A DNA stretch of 64,000 bases from an uncultured bacterium (GTDB lineage Bacteria; Planctomycetota; UBA1135; GCA-002686595). The stretch covers positions 512,001 through 576,000 of the forward strand of contig CALSNU010000001.1 of NCBI GenBank assembly GCA_943787795.1. The letters run 5' to 3'. The notes beneath the pieces are model-generated. The model was not told the DNA's origin. It did not search any database and saw nothing but the letters and a program-made list of their open reading frames with translations. Made by a program: the position numbers and the translations under genes. Position 1 is the first letter of the stretch. Every line of letters begins with the position of its first letter. Below are positions 17,479 through 29,774 of this stretch, in pieces.

Positions 17479-19700
17479 GGCTGCTGTCGGACCCAAGGCG
17501 CCGGGGAGGGCTGCTGCGCTTTGTCATCGTGGCCACGCTGGTCGCGTCGGCGACGGCTCACGTCAGGCTCCGCTTCGTACAGAACGGAAATGACCTCTAT
17601 TGGTCCAACCCTCAGGCGGTGTCCATTGCGATCCAGGAGGCGGGCTCGGACAACATCTCCGACGCGAGCCACGTCACGGCCATCGGGAACGCCGTGGATA
17701 GCTGGAACGCCGCCGGTCGGACCACCTTCGGGCTGGTGAACGCCGGGGTCACGTCGCGGACAGACTGGGAGAGCAACGACATCCACCTGGTGACGTTCGA
17801 TGAGAACAACTCCAGCGGCTTCTTCACGGGCAGCTCGGGGACCGTCGCCATCACGCCGGTCAGCTTCTTTGAGAGCGGCCGGATCGTCGACGCGGACGTC
17901 CTCTTCAACGGGAAGAACTTCAGCTTCACGACCAGCGGGCGGAGCGGGCGCTTTGATATTCAGGACGTGATGGCGCACGAGCTCGGTCACGTGGCGGGCC
18001 TCGATCACTCCGGAGTCTGTGGGTCGACAATGTTCCCGTACGTCGACTCCACCGTCATCCTCCATCGGAGCCTGAGCCGCGACGAGGGGTCCGCGCTCGC
18101 GAGCATCTATCCGTCCTCGAGCCAGGGCAGGATCAGCGGGCGTGTCTGTCGTCAGGCAGATGGGACCGGCGTCTCGGGCGCCCACGTCTCCGTGCGGGAC
18201 GCCGGGGGTCGGGTGGTCGCCGCCGCCCTCGCGGAGGCCTCGGGGTCCTTCGTCATCGGCGGGCTCCAGCCGGGCACCTTCACGGTCATCGCGGACCCCC
18301 TCGACCAGCCGGTCTCGGCGTCCAACCTCGGCGGCGGCCAGAGCGTCGCCACCGACTTCGAGGCGGGCGTCCTGGGGACGGTGGAGGTCGTCGGCTCGGA
18401 GGTCCAGTCCATGGGGACGGTCCACGTGGGAGCCGACGTCTCGGTGCGACTCGGTCGGGCCTCTGACCGCTACCCGCTGCGGGTCGTGGCGGGGGAGACG
18501 ACCAGCCTCGTGATCGGAGGGGTGGGCCTGTTGGCGGGGTCGACGATCCTCGCGAGCGATCCGAACGTCGGGGTCTCGAACGTGCTCTGGTTCGGGTCGA
18601 GCGTGCGGCTGGACCTGACGGCGCCGAGCGGCGCTCTCCCTGGGCACATCGACCTCACGGTGACGACCTCGTCCGGTTCGCAGGACATTCTGGTGGGCGG
18701 GCTCGAGGTCACGCCACCAAGCCCGACGGTGTCCTCCGTGACCCCGGGCTCTGGCGATCCGTCGGGGGGGGATACGGTCACGGTCGCCGGGACTGGCTTC
18801 CGCCGCGGCGTCCGCGTCGTGATCGGGGACCGGGTCTATGTGGACGGCGAGGTGGGGGGGTGCACGCTGATCGACGAGAACACGCTCACGCTGACCACGT
18901 CGGCGACGATCGCTGGAGAGCACGACGTGGTCGTGATCGACGCCTCGGGCGTCGAGGGGCGTGGGAGCGACGCCTTTACCGTCAGCGCTCCGCCTGTGCT
19001 CGAGAGCCTCTTCCCCTCGGTGGGGAGCGTCGCCGGTGGGACTCTGGTCCGCCTGACGGGGCAGGACCTGGTCGCTGGCAGCGTGATCACGATCGACGGC
19101 GTCGTGCAGGCGAACGCGTCGGTGGTCTCTCCTGGCAGAGTTGAGCTGCTGACCTCGGCCGGCCTGCCCGGTGGACCCTACATCCTCGAGCTCACCTCTC
19201 CCGCCGGGGATTCAGCGCAGCTGGCCTTCGCGTTCGTGCCTGAGGAGGACCCGGTGCTCGGCGCGGTCTCGCCGCGGCGAGGAGACCGGTCGGGAGGGCT
19301 CCAGGTCACACTGCACGGGAGCGGCTTCGAGGCTGGCGACCTCGTCATCATCGGCGCCAGCGCGGCATCGGGCGCCGGTGGGGTCGCCGTGGAACCTGAG
19401 TTCGTGGACGCCAACACGCTCCGATTCACGACCCCACCAGGGTCGACCGGAACGAAGACCGTCACGGTCATGGACGCGGACACGCAGCAGGCCTCGATGC
19501 TGGAGGCCGGCTTCACCTACACCGGGCCGGACGGCGTCGAGGAGGGGGGCTGCGCCGCGGTCGTGATCCCTGGGCCGCCGGACTGGCGCCGGGTGGTTGG
19601 CGGGAGCGGCTGGATCCTCGTGCTCCTCCTGCTCGGAGCCCACCGGATGCGGGCTGCGGGGTCTCCGCCGCGGGGCGCAATACCTACTGTGCTCGCGTGA
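17475..19700 (+). CDS. Matrixin (M10-like metzincin) metalloprotease with beta-sandwich and three IPT/TIG domains and a C-terminal GGC-TM-basic tail
   Basis: HELGHVAGLDH zinc motif, STMFP Met-turn, P.V.SV.P..G...GG..V...G..F IPT repeats, EEGGC...WILVLLLLGAHRMR. Confidence 0.88.
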   Translation: MRLLSDPRRRGGLLRFVIVATLVASATAHVRLRFVQNGNDLYWSNPQAVSIAIQEAGSDNISDASHVTAIGNAVDSWNAAGRTTFGLVNAGVTSRTDWESNDIHLVTFDENNSSGFFTGSSGTVAITPVSFFESGRIVDADVLFNGKNFSFTTSGRSGRFDIQDVMAHELGHVAGLDHSGVCGSTMFPYVDSTVILHRSLSRDEGSALASIYPSSSQGRISGRVCRQADGTGVSGAHVSVRDAGGRVVAAALAEASGSFVIGGLQPGTFTVIADPLDQPVSASNLGGGQSVATDFEAGVLGTVEVVGSEVQSMGTVHVGADVSVRLGRASDRYPLRVVAGETTSLVIGGVGLLAGSTILASDPNVGVSNVLWFGSSVRLDLTAPSGALPGHIDLTVTTSSGSQDILVGGLEVTPPSPTVSSVTPGSGDPSGGDTVTVAGTGFRRGVRVVIGDRVYVDGEVGGCTLIDENTLTLTTSATIAGEHDVVVIDASGVEGRGSDAFTVSAPPVLESLFPSVGSVAGGTLVRLTGQDLVAGSVITIDGVVQANASVVSPGRVELLTSAGLPGGPYILELTSPAGDSAQLAFAFVPEEDPVLGAVSPRRGDRSGGLQVTLHGSGFEAGDLVIIGASAASGAGGVAVEPEFVDANTLRFTTPPGSTGTKTVTVMDADTQQASMLEAGFTYTGPDGVEEGGCAAVVIPGPPDWRRVVGGSGWILVLLLLGAHRMRAAGSPPRGAIPTVLA

Positions 19701-20271
19701 ACCGCGCGAGATCGCCGGCGGCCTGGGTCACCGGGTGCTCGGGGTCAGGCCAGCGTTGGGGCAGTCGGCGGACCTCGGCGGCGTCGTACCCCATGTCGAC
19801 GAGGCGAGCGACCAGCTCGCTGAAGCGCTCGTCCGAGATCACCTGCTGCCGGGTCATGATCCAGGCATAGTCGCGCCGGGCGCGCGCGATGATGGTCTCG
19901 CTGTACTCCTCGTCGAGGTGCGCGACGAGGTACTGGGCCTTGAAGGGCCAGATGATCCGCATGCCCCACTCCGCGTTCGTCTCCGTATCTCGAACGAACC
20001 CCACGGGCTCGAGGACCTCGAGGTCGCCGTCGAAGGACCCCTCACGGAACACGTAGCTGGTGAGGATCCGGCCGCCCTCCTCCAAGGCATAGGACTCGAC
20101 CCCGTTGTAGGCGTCCGCTTCGGAGCCCACGGGGATGTGCCCTTGGACGTACCAGTCGCCCATGAATCGCTCCAGGTCCACGTAGGGGACCGTCGCCAGG
20201 GGTCTTGTGGGCGCACAGGCGAAGAAGGCACCGATGGCGAGGGCGGCGAGGGCGATGAGGGATCTACGCAT
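19684..20271 (-). CDS. blc: Bacterial lipocalin lipoprotein
   Basis: Lipobox FFAC; VDLERFMGDWY lipocalin motif; YAWIMTR. Confidence 0.88.
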   Translation of the reverse strand: MRRSLIALAALAIGAFFACAPTRPLATVPYVDLERFMGDWYVQGHIPVGSEADAYNGVESYALEEGGRILTSYVFREGSFDGDLEVLEPVGFVRDTETNAEWGMRIIWPFKAQYLVAHLDEEYSETIIARARRDYAWIMTRQQVISDERFSELVARLVDMGYDAAEVRRLPQRWPDPEHPVTQAAGDLARFTRAQ

Positions 20272-20396
20272 GCCCCTGCGATCGCGCGAGATGAGGATCC
20301 GGATGCGCCAATACTTGGAGCTGGGGCCTCCGCGGGAGCAGGCGGGACGGCGCTCGCCCGCTGGGGGGGGAGCCGCCCCGGGTGTTCCAGGGAGGA

Positions 20397-22652
20397 TCAG
20401 CGCCCCAGGGACGAGCTGAGGGCTTCCAGTCGCTCGAAGAGCTCTCCACGGTTGATTGGCTTGAGCACCTGGCTATCCATCCCCGCGTCCATGCAGTCTG
20501 AAGCGGTCTCGGGAGTCGCGTTGGCGGTCATGGCGATGATATGGACCGGAGCCTCCCCCCCGTTCGCTTCGCGTGACCGGATGTGACGGGTGGCCGAGAG
20601 GCCATCCATGACCGGCATCTGGACGTCCATGAGGACCACGTCGTGGCGCGAGAGGGCGGTCAACTCCGTGGCGATCGCTCCGTTCTGGGCGATCTCCACC
20701 TCATGACCCCAGGAGCGCAGAAGGAGCTCCGCGACGCGCTGGTTCACCGGCTCGTCCTCGACGAGCAGGATCCGCAGAGGGCGGGCCGACCTGAGGGACG
20801 GTGGGCGCCGGCGCGACCGGGTCCTCCCAGGGGTCGTGGGCACCGAGTTCGTCACCTGCAGGGACTCGATGGCGTCCCGGAGCTCAGGGCCAACGATGGG
20901 CAGCAAGAGGCTCTGAAGGCGGTCCAAGGGGAGCTTCGGGTCTTCGGTTTGCTCTCCGCTCTGCAGGAGAATCCAGGGGACGTGGCCCAGGTCGGTCAAC
21001 TGGCCGTCCATCAGCAAGAACTCATGGGGCTTCAGCGTGGAGACGCTGATCGCTGCGAGCGGGGGCTCGGCCAGCGAGCGGATCGCCTCCCGCATGGCCT
21101 CGACGCTGCCGCAGGAGTGCACCTTGATGCCCCAGGCCTCGAGGCGTTGTGTGATGGACCTGCGGATGTGCCCTTGGGGAACCAGGAGGAGGACCTCTCG
21201 TTCCTCGTCGTCGGTAAAGAGCGCCCCGGTCGTGGAGCTTCCGAGCGCCGCAGATTCTGCCGGCGGTAGCGGAAGCGAGAACGTGAAGCGACTGCCGCGT
21301 CCCTCCTGGCTCTCGACGCGCATCTGACCGCCCATTCCAACGCAAAGGTCACGAGAGATCGCGAGGCCCAGGCCGGTCCCGCCGAAGCGCCGAGTGGTGG
21401 ACTCCTCTGCCTGAGTGAAGGCCTCGAAGATGGTCTCGAGCTTCTCGAGCTTGATCCCCACCCCGGTGTCCTGCACCTCGAATTCGAGGTGGCCGGGTTG
21501 TTCCGTGGACGAAACGCTCAGGCTGACGAAGCCCTCCGGCGTGAACTTCAGGGAGTTGCTGAGCAGGTTGACGAGGATCTGCCGCAGGCGGCTCTCGTCT
21601 CCGGACACCACATCCGTGGCCGACTCGTCGATATCACAGGTCACCTCCACATCGGGCGAGCGGTTCTGGGCCGCGGTCAACACGAGCGCATCTCGAACGC
21701 AGCCGCGGATCGAGAAGGGGAGGCGCTCGAAGCTCATGGCGCCCGAGTCGATCTTCGAGAAGTCGAGGACATCGTTGACGATGTGAAGCAGGTTCTGTGC
21801 CGACCGCTGAGCGGTCGAGATGTACTCCTCCTGGTCCCGGTCCAGCTCGGTATCGAGCGTCAGCTCGGTCATGCCGATGATCCCGTTCATCGGCGTCCGA
21901 AACTCGTGGCTCAGGTTTGCCAGGAAGAGCCCCTTGGCGTTGGAGGCGTTCTCTGCCTCCTGTCGCGCCTTCTCCAGCTCCTTTGACTTCTGCCGAAGCT
22001 CGTTGATCGCATCCCCGGCGAGGTCGAGGGTCGCTCTCGTGCGCGAGCGCATCTTCTCGGCGATCCGGCTGGTCAGCGCGACGTGCAGCGCGAGGGTGGT
22101 ACACCCCGCGATCTTCAGGGTCTCGAGCGCCCAGTTGGGCGTGTACCCTAGCCACACGCTGCCGAGGACGATGCCCGCGGTGTGAGACAGGAGGCAGAGG
22201 GGTACGAACTCGCCGCAGCGCCTGACGCCTCCCGTCACCTGGTCAGCGACCCGGACCCAGGGCACGAAGAAGAGCCAGCTCGCGGCACCGCCGGTGACGG
22301 CCACGAGCAGGGAGGCTGCGATGAGGTCGAGCCGGAGGAATATCCTGGCGAGGTCCCTGGTCTCTTCTGGCCGGTAGAGAGCCGCCAGCGCAAGCCATGA
22401 GACGAGCGCGTACGAGGCGTAGAAGAGGGCCGCGGCGCTCAGCTCGCGACTCCACGGGGCGTCGAACACGACCCAGTTGTGGGCGCTGGCGAAGAGCACG
22501 CCGGCCGCGAGCATCACGCTCCGCATCAGCGGAACGATGACCTTCTGGAGCCGGGACTTCCGTCGCATGCGGCTGGCCTTGGCCTCGGGGCTGTCATACG
22601 TCAGCCGCGCAAGGAGCGCCTGGTGGTCAGGTTGTTGGGTGGAACCGTCCAA
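20397..22652 (-). CDS. Membrane hybrid sensor histidine kinase/response regulator
   Basis: 5-6 TM N-terminus; LSHEFRTPMNG, NLLSNSLKFT, DTGVG, GGTGLGL; degenerate REC then REC (DVQMPVMDG). Confidence 0.92.
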   Translation of the reverse strand: MDGSTQQPDHQALLARLTYDSPEAKASRMRRKSRLQKVIVPLMRSVMLAAGVLFASAHNWVVFDAPWSRELSAAALFYASYALVSWLALAALYRPEETRDLARIFLRLDLIAASLLVAVTGGAASWLFFVPWVRVADQVTGGVRRCGEFVPLCLLSHTAGIVLGSVWLGYTPNWALETLKIAGCTTLALHVALTSRIAEKMRSRTRATLDLAGDAINELRQKSKELEKARQEAENASNAKGLFLANLSHEFRTPMNGIIGMTELTLDTELDRDQEEYISTAQRSAQNLLHIVNDVLDFSKIDSGAMSFERLPFSIRGCVRDALVLTAAQNRSPDVEVTCDIDESATDVVSGDESRLRQILVNLLSNSLKFTPEGFVSLSVSSTEQPGHLEFEVQDTGVGIKLEKLETIFEAFTQAEESTTRRFGGTGLGLAISRDLCVGMGGQMRVESQEGRGSRFTFSLPLPPAESAALGSSTTGALFTDDEEREVLLLVPQGHIRRSITQRLEAWGIKVHSCGSVEAMREAIRSLAEPPLAAISVSTLKPHEFLLMDGQLTDLGHVPWILLQSGEQTEDPKLPLDRLQSLLLPIVGPELRDAIESLQVTNSVPTTPGRTRSRRRPPSLRSARPLRILLVEDEPVNQRVAELLLRSWGHEVEIAQNGAIATELTALSRHDVVLMDVQMPVMDGLSATRHIRSREANGGEAPVHIIAMTANATPETASDCMDAGMDSQVLKPINRGELFERLEALSSSLGR

Positions 22653-22732
22653 TGGGGAGGAGACTGGCGAGGGCTGTCGGGAGCGCAGCGCTTCGCTAAT
22701 TCAGCCCTCAGCAGACCATATTGGCTGGGACC

Positions 22733-22780
22733 AATGAAACCTCGAAGGCCGACTCGCTGAGAGCGAATCGGCCTTCGAGG
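22733..22780 (-). terminator. Intrinsic terminator of the hppA-rsfS unit
   Basis: CCTCGAAGGCCGA...TCGGCCTTCGAGG perfect 13-bp arms followed by TTTCATT on the minus strand. Confidence 0.65.
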
Positions 22781-22804
22781 GTGCCTGAGGCGCCGAGGCG
22801 TCTC

Positions 22805-23191
22805 TCAGCTCTCGGGATCCGCGAGGGCGCCGGTCTCGGTGACCGCGACGCTCTCCCAGTCGAGCTTGGGGCAGTCACCGTACAGGTCGTCGAGTCCGTA
22901 GTACTCGCGAGCCTCATCCTGCTGGATGTGGACGACCACGTCCGAGTAGTCCACGAGCACCCACCAGCCGAGGTCCGCGCCCTCGGCCCTGGAGTGGACC
23001 TCGCCCAGGCGCTTGAGCCTGTGGTGGACGTCTTCGTACATGGCCCGAACGTGGGGCCGGCTGGTGCCGGTCACGACCACGAAGTAGTCAGCGACCTTGA
23101 TGGCGTCGCTCACGTCGTAGACCACGAGGTCCACGCCCTTCTTTTCTTCCACGATCCGGGCGACCGTGGCGGCGAGTGTCTTGGTGTCGAT
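22805..23191 (-). CDS. rsfS: Ribosome silencing factor RsfS (Iojap); probable ATC start
   Basis: EEKKGVDLVVYDV...ADYFVVVTGTSRPHV...WVLVDYSDVVVHIQ..REYYGLDDLY; first canonical start is GTG at 23152. Confidence 0.92.
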   Translation of the reverse strand: MDTKTLAATVARIVEEKKGVDLVVYDVSDAIKVADYFVVVTGTSRPHVRAMYEDVHHRLKRLGEVHSRAEGADLGWWVLVDYSDVVVHIQQDEAREYYGLDDLYGDCPKLDWESVAVTETGALADPES

Positions 23192-23239
23192 AGCAGTTCT
23201 CCGGGGCCCCGCGCCGAAGCGCGGGGCCGCTTCGCTGGA

Positions 23240-25309
<2,070 letters not shown>

Positions 25310-25490
25310 GAGCTCTTGGTGCGCGCGGATGGGCGCACGGTGGGGTTGGTGGGAAGGGGGGTGGTGGGGCGTGGGGCCGGAGTGGAGGGCCCTTCACCCA
25401 GGTTTCCGGCGCTAATACGATAGTGGCGGGCGCTTCCGGGTCAATCGGAAGTGCCACCTCCATGGCTCCAAGTGCCGTATCGGGCGCGCC

Positions 25491-26177
25491 TCAGGGGCGG
25501 TCGCCGTCGGGGGGGGGCTCTGGGCCCCTGGCGGGGGCGCTGTCCTGCGTCCGCCTCGCCTGGCCCTGCCAGCGCCTTGAGACCCACAGGTGGCTGAGGA
25601 GCATGGCCCCCAGGGCTAGCACCACGAAGCCGAGGATCTGGTGGAGGTCCTCGATCTTGGACTCCATCACGGAGAGCCGTTCGCCGGACTCGCGCCCCAG
25701 GAGGATCAGCGTCGGCGTGAGGATGATCGCCCCCAGACCGTCGTAAGCGATGAACTTCGCATATGGCATCCCGAGCGTCCCCGCGGTGAACCACGTCGGT
25801 AGGCGTAGCCCGGGAATGAACCGGCACACGAAGACCGCGAGGGCTCCCTGCCGTTCGAAGCGTCGTTCGATCGCTCGCAAGCGCTCGGGGTGGACGACAC
25901 GGCGGATGGGCTTGAGCTCGAGGGCGCGGCGCCCGAATCGTCGCCCGATGAAGAAGGGCACAGAGTCGCCGAGGAGCGTACCGGCGAGACACACCGCGAT
26001 GATCGGCGCCAGGTCGACCTCGCCCTGGTACAGGAGGAACCCGGCCCCGAGCATCGTGATCTCCTCCGGCACGGGCAGCCCGAAGCCGCACAGCACCAGG
26101 ACCAGGAACGGCGCCAGGTATCCCGGCTCCGAGAGCAGGCCGCCGAGCAACGGCTGATTGTCGAGGATCCAAGCCAC
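25491..26177 (-). CDS. dedA: DedA family membrane protein
   Basis: GLPVPEE, GDSVPFFIGRRFG, RFIPGLR, AGTLGMPYAKF. Confidence 0.9.
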   Translation of the reverse strand: MAWILDNQPLLGGLLSEPGYLAPFLVLVLCGFGLPVPEEITMLGAGFLLYQGEVDLAPIIAVCLAGTLLGDSVPFFIGRRFGRRALELKPIRRVVHPERLRAIERRFERQGALAVFVCRFIPGLRLPTWFTAGTLGMPYAKFIAYDGLGAIILTPTLILLGRESGERLSVMESKIEDLHQILGFVVLALGAMLLSHLWVSRRWQGQARRTQDSAPARGPEPPPDGDRP

Positions 26178-26280
26178 GGCTCGGAGGGTAGCAGCGATCG
26201 ACGCTTCGGGGGTGAGGCGCTGGCAGACTCGACCCACGCGGCTCCGCCGCGGGGTGCGCGGAGTCGAGCCGGCGGGCGCC

Positions 26281-26898
26281 TCAGCGGCCTTCGGCCGCCA
26301 GCTCCTCCTCGCGCCCCTCGATGTAGGCGAGCGAGACCTCGACGTCCTTCGCGCCCCAGGACGCGGCGCGCTCCAGGTCCACTCGCGCCTCGGCGAGCAG
26401 CGCTCGCGGGCCGCCCGGCCAGCCCAGACCCTCGGCCGGCAGCTGCGCGAGGAAGGTGGACTTGATGGTGGCCGCGTAGCGGGCCAGCTCCCCCGGAGAT
26501 GTGGCCCGCGCTTCGCCGGAACGGAGGACGGAGAAGCCCTCCCGGATCCACTGCCGGCGCGCCTCCGGGTCGGGCTCCTCGAGGGGGGAGGCTCGGATGA
26601 AGATGAAGTGATCGGCCAGGGTCAGCCAGCCGGCGGCAGCCCTGGAATCCAGGGACAGGGCCCGAGCGGCGTGCCCGTAGGCCTCGGTGAGGGCCCCTCG
26701 ATCCAGCGCGCCCAGGTATCGCGCCCACTCCACGCTCGCCGCCGCGGAGGCGATCGGGCCCAGGAGCCGCTGGACGGGCCCCATTCGCTGCCGTGCCTCC
26801 AGGTCTGGCCGCCCAAAGGGCCCTGCCGCGGAGACGGCGAGCGCCAACCCTGCGGCCGCCGCCAGGAGCGCTCGGCGGCTTCGTGCAGCGACCCTCAC
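26281..26898 (-). CDS. Hypothetical protein in ABC transporter operon (TPR-like)
   Basis: GTGA overlap with the upstream permease; N-terminal hydrophobic segment; W...G...L..G helical motif. Confidence 0.6.
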   Translation of the reverse strand: MRVAARSRRALLAAAAGLALAVSAAGPFGRPDLEARQRMGPVQRLLGPIASAAASVEWARYLGALDRGALTEAYGHAARALSLDSRAAAGWLTLADHFIFIRASPLEEPDPEARRQWIREGFSVLRSGEARATSPGELARYAATIKSTFLAQLPAEGLGWPGGPRALLAEARVDLERAASWGAKDVEVSLAYIEGREEELAAEGR

Positions 26899-28001
26899 GA
26901 GCTCCGGGACTCCCGCCGCCAGGTGCCGAGGGAGGAGCGAGCTAGCGAGAATCCAGTCAGCACCGCGCCCGCCGCTGCGGCCGTCAGGGCCGGGCTGACG
27001 GGCCGTGGGCTCCGCCCCTCGGAGATGGCGTCGAGGGCCGCCGCCAGGGACGCTCCTCCAGGAAGGACCCCCTCCATCTCGATGGACGTGAGTGCCATGC
27101 GAGCCGCCAGCCACAGCGCGAGCGCCAGGGTGGCGGCGATGCCGGGGCCCATCCAGGCGCCCAGTCCGAAGGCGAGGGCTGCGAGGAAGACCAGGTGCAG
27201 GCAAACGTGGCCCGCGAGGCGCAGGTGCCCGCCGCCGGTCGCGCTGGAGAGGCGCCACGCCTCGACCGGCCGGGGGCCCATCACTGCGAGCGCGCCGCTG
27301 CCGATGTTGGTGACGGACACCGCGCCTGCGCTCCGGGAGGGGCTCACCTCGAGCCAGGTGCGCCGCGCGACCAGCTGCTCGGATACCTGGTCGGCCGACT
27401 CGATCCGGGCCGACGTGGTGGCCCCTTCGGCCCCGAGCGCCGGCGCCACCCGGATCCGCACCCGTGTGTCAGGACCAATGGCGCCGTCGGGCAACTCCTG
27501 CTCGAAGCGCTCGCCAGGCATGAGCAGCAAGGAGCGGCTAGGACCCGCGATCGAGGCCAACTCCAGAAGCGGGGCCGGGGTCGCGTGGTCACCGAGCGGT
27601 GCGTCCGGGCCTCCGCCCAGGGCCCCGGCGACGAGCCCGATCACCACGGAGAATCCAGCCGCCCCTGTGAGGATGCCCGCCAGGCAGGTCCGGACGATCG
27701 AGGAGCGCGACGTCCCGGTGACTCCCAGCCAGTCCCCCTCATCACGAAACCACCGGTCCGGGACTCGCGCGGCGAAGAGCGCCACGAGCACGGACGCCAC
27801 GAGGACTCCGGCCAGCCAGCCGGTGCTCGCGGCGAGGTCCTGGCCCCGGCGGATCACATCCTCGAAGGTGGGTGACACCTCGACAATCTCAGCACGTCCG
27901 GGTTGGTCGACCACGGCGAGGAGCGTGACTCCGGCGACGGCCGCGAGCGCGGGAAGCGGGGCAGCGCGTCTGGCTGAGAGACGCAGCAGCGGGAGGTTCA
28001 T
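26895..28001 (-). CDS. ABC transporter permease-like membrane protein
   Basis: Several TM segments around a soluble domain; ATGA overlap with the ABC ATPase. Confidence 0.6.
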   Translation of the reverse strand: MNLPLLRLSARRAAPLPALAAVAGVTLLAVVDQPGRAEIVEVSPTFEDVIRRGQDLAASTGWLAGVLVASVLVALFAARVPDRWFRDEGDWLGVTGTSRSSIVRTCLAGILTGAAGFSVVIGLVAGALGGGPDAPLGDHATPAPLLELASIAGPSRSLLLMPGERFEQELPDGAIGPDTRVRIRVAPALGAEGATTSARIESADQVSEQLVARRTWLEVSPSRSAGAVSVTNIGSGALAVMGPRPVEAWRLSSATGGGHLRLAGHVCLHLVFLAALAFGLGAWMGPGIAATLALALWLAARMALTSIEMEGVLPGGASLAAALDAISEGRSPRPVSPALTAAAAGAVLTGFSLARSSLGTWRRESRSS

Positions 28002-28894
28002 TGCTCCTCAGCTCCCCCGGCGTCTGAATCGAGGGTCCGGTAGAGCTCCTGCAAGGTCCGGTGCGCCGGTCCGGCGTCAAGGAGCTCACCACCCAGGTCC
28101 GCGGCTCGCTGCTGGAGCGCCGCGCCTTCCTCTTCAGACAGGCCGCGGACCTTCAGCTGGAGGACGTCAGGGGCGCCAAGGAGCGCGTCCGGCGGCCCCT
28201 CTCGCTGGACCTTGCCGTCGACGAGGAGGGCGAGACGATCACAGTGCTCGATGAGGTCGGAGGCCACGTGAGAGGCGAGGACGACGGTGGCGCCGCGCGA
28301 CCTAGCGGCGCCGAGCAGGTCAGCGAGGACTCCGAAGCCCGGCGCATCGAGTCCCGCGGTGGGCTCGTCGAGGAAGACCACCTCGGGGTCATCCAGGAAC
28401 GCCTGCGCCAGCCCAAAGCGGCGGTGCATTCCCCGGGAGTAGGTCCGAAGCGGCGCCTCGCCCGCGTGCGCCAGGCCCACGCGGCTCAGCATCTGCTCGA
28501 TGCGCCCACGGCGATCCGCGCGAGCCACGCCAGAGAGGGAGGCGACGAGATCGAGCACCCGCCTGGCGGAGAGTTCTGGCGGGAAGGGGGACCCGTCCGG
28601 GAGGAAGGCGAGGCGGCGGCGGACCGCCCGGGCGGTGGGGGCGTGGCCCAGGATCTCGACCCACCCCGCGCTCGGCCGGTCCACCCCGGCCAGCAGACGG
28701 AGGAGCGTCGATTTCCCGGAGCCGTTCGGGCCGACGATCCCCAGGGTCTCGCCCTGCTCGACGCGCAGATCAACCTTGTCGAGCGCCTGGCGGCGGCGCC
28801 AGCCCAGCCCGCCACGGAAGGTCCGGCTCAGCCCCGCGGCCTCGACGGCGGGCTTGGGGGGCTCGAGGAGAGGATCAAGCGTGGGGCTGGCCAT
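27998..28894 (-). CDS. ABC transporter ATP-binding protein
   Basis: Start MASPTLD; Walker A GPNGSGKST, signature YSRGM, Walker B VVFLDEPT, H-loop SH. Confidence 0.92.
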   Translation of the reverse strand: MASPTLDPLLEPPKPAVEAAGLSRTFRGGLGWRRRQALDKVDLRVEQGETLGIVGPNGSGKSTLLRLLAGVDRPSAGWVEILGHAPTARAVRRRLAFLPDGSPFPPELSARRVLDLVASLSGVARADRRGRIEQMLSRVGLAHAGEAPLRTYSRGMHRRFGLAQAFLDDPEVVFLDEPTAGLDAPGFGVLADLLGAARSRGATVVLASHVASDLIEHCDRLALLVDGKVQREGPPDALLGAPDVLQLKVRGLSEEEGAALQQRAADLGGELLDAGPAHRTLQELYRTLDSDAGGAEEQ

Positions 28895-28939
28895 GGGTTC
28901 CTGCCCGGTGGCCGGGCGACAGCCGCTACGATACGACGA

Positions 28940-29710
28940 ATGGCACGTCTTTTCGTCCTCTCCGGCGCTTCGATCGGCGCGACCCACGACATCGATGGCG
29001 CCTCCGTGCTTGGCCGCGGCGGGGATGCCGATGTCGTCATCCCCGAGCCCTCTGTCAGCAGGCTCCACGCCAGGCTCATCCCCGAGCCGGATCCCGGGGT
29101 CTGGAAGATCCGGGACCTCAAGTCTAGCAACGGGGTCCACGTCGGCGGCAAGCGGGTGGAGGAGGCGCGAGTGCGCGACGGCGAGACATTCCTGCTGGGT
29201 GATGTCGAGCTCCGGCTGCGCGATGAGCCCGAGGCAGAGGCGCCGAGGTCCTCGGCGGAGGCCTCCACGGCGACGTCTCCCCCGGAGCTCGAGTTCGAGG
29301 ACGAGCTCGTGCTGCCGGGAGCCGAAGCGGTCCCTCCGGCAGCACCCACCCCGCGGGGCGGGGACGCGCCCGGGCCGGGGCGAGCCCCGGTGAGCGGTGG
29401 AGATGACGCCGATGCGGACAGTGTGCACCTCCAGGCGGCGCGGGCTCGGGCCGCTGAGGAGCGCTCTGCGCGGCGCGCGGCAGCGCTGAACGGGCCGGCG
29501 GCAGCACCTCCCCGGGGCGACCGGCCCGGTGGTGGGGGCCAGGTCCTCCAGTACGCCCAGCACCGGGGCGGAGACGATCTCAATCAGCTGCCCGGCTGGA
29601 AGCGCTTCGTCCTCGGCCTCCTCGCGGTAGGGCTCGCCCTGGGCGTCGCCTACGGGGCCTTCGAGCTCACCAGGACGGCCCGCGAGCAGGCCGCCGCGAT
29701 CGGTGACTGA
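28940..29710 (+). CDS. FHA domain protein with C-terminal TM
   Basis: LGRG...SVSRLHA...DLKSSNGVHV FHA motifs; Pro/Ala linker; TM near C-terminus. Confidence 0.88.
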   Translation: MARLFVLSGASIGATHDIDGASVLGRGGDADVVIPEPSVSRLHARLIPEPDPGVWKIRDLKSSNGVHVGGKRVEEARVRDGETFLLGDVELRLRDEPEAEAPRSSAEASTATSPPELEFEDELVLPGAEAVPPAAPTPRGGDAPGPGRAPVSGGDDADADSVHLQAARARAAEERSARRAAALNGPAAAPPRGDRPGGGGQVLQYAQHRGGDDLNQLPGWKRFVLGLLAVGLALGVAYGAFELTRTAREQAAAIGD

Positions 29711-29774
29711 GGGGGAGGGTGGGGACCCTCGCCACTGGAGGTCTCCAGCGTGGAGCTCTCCATCTCCCAAGGGC

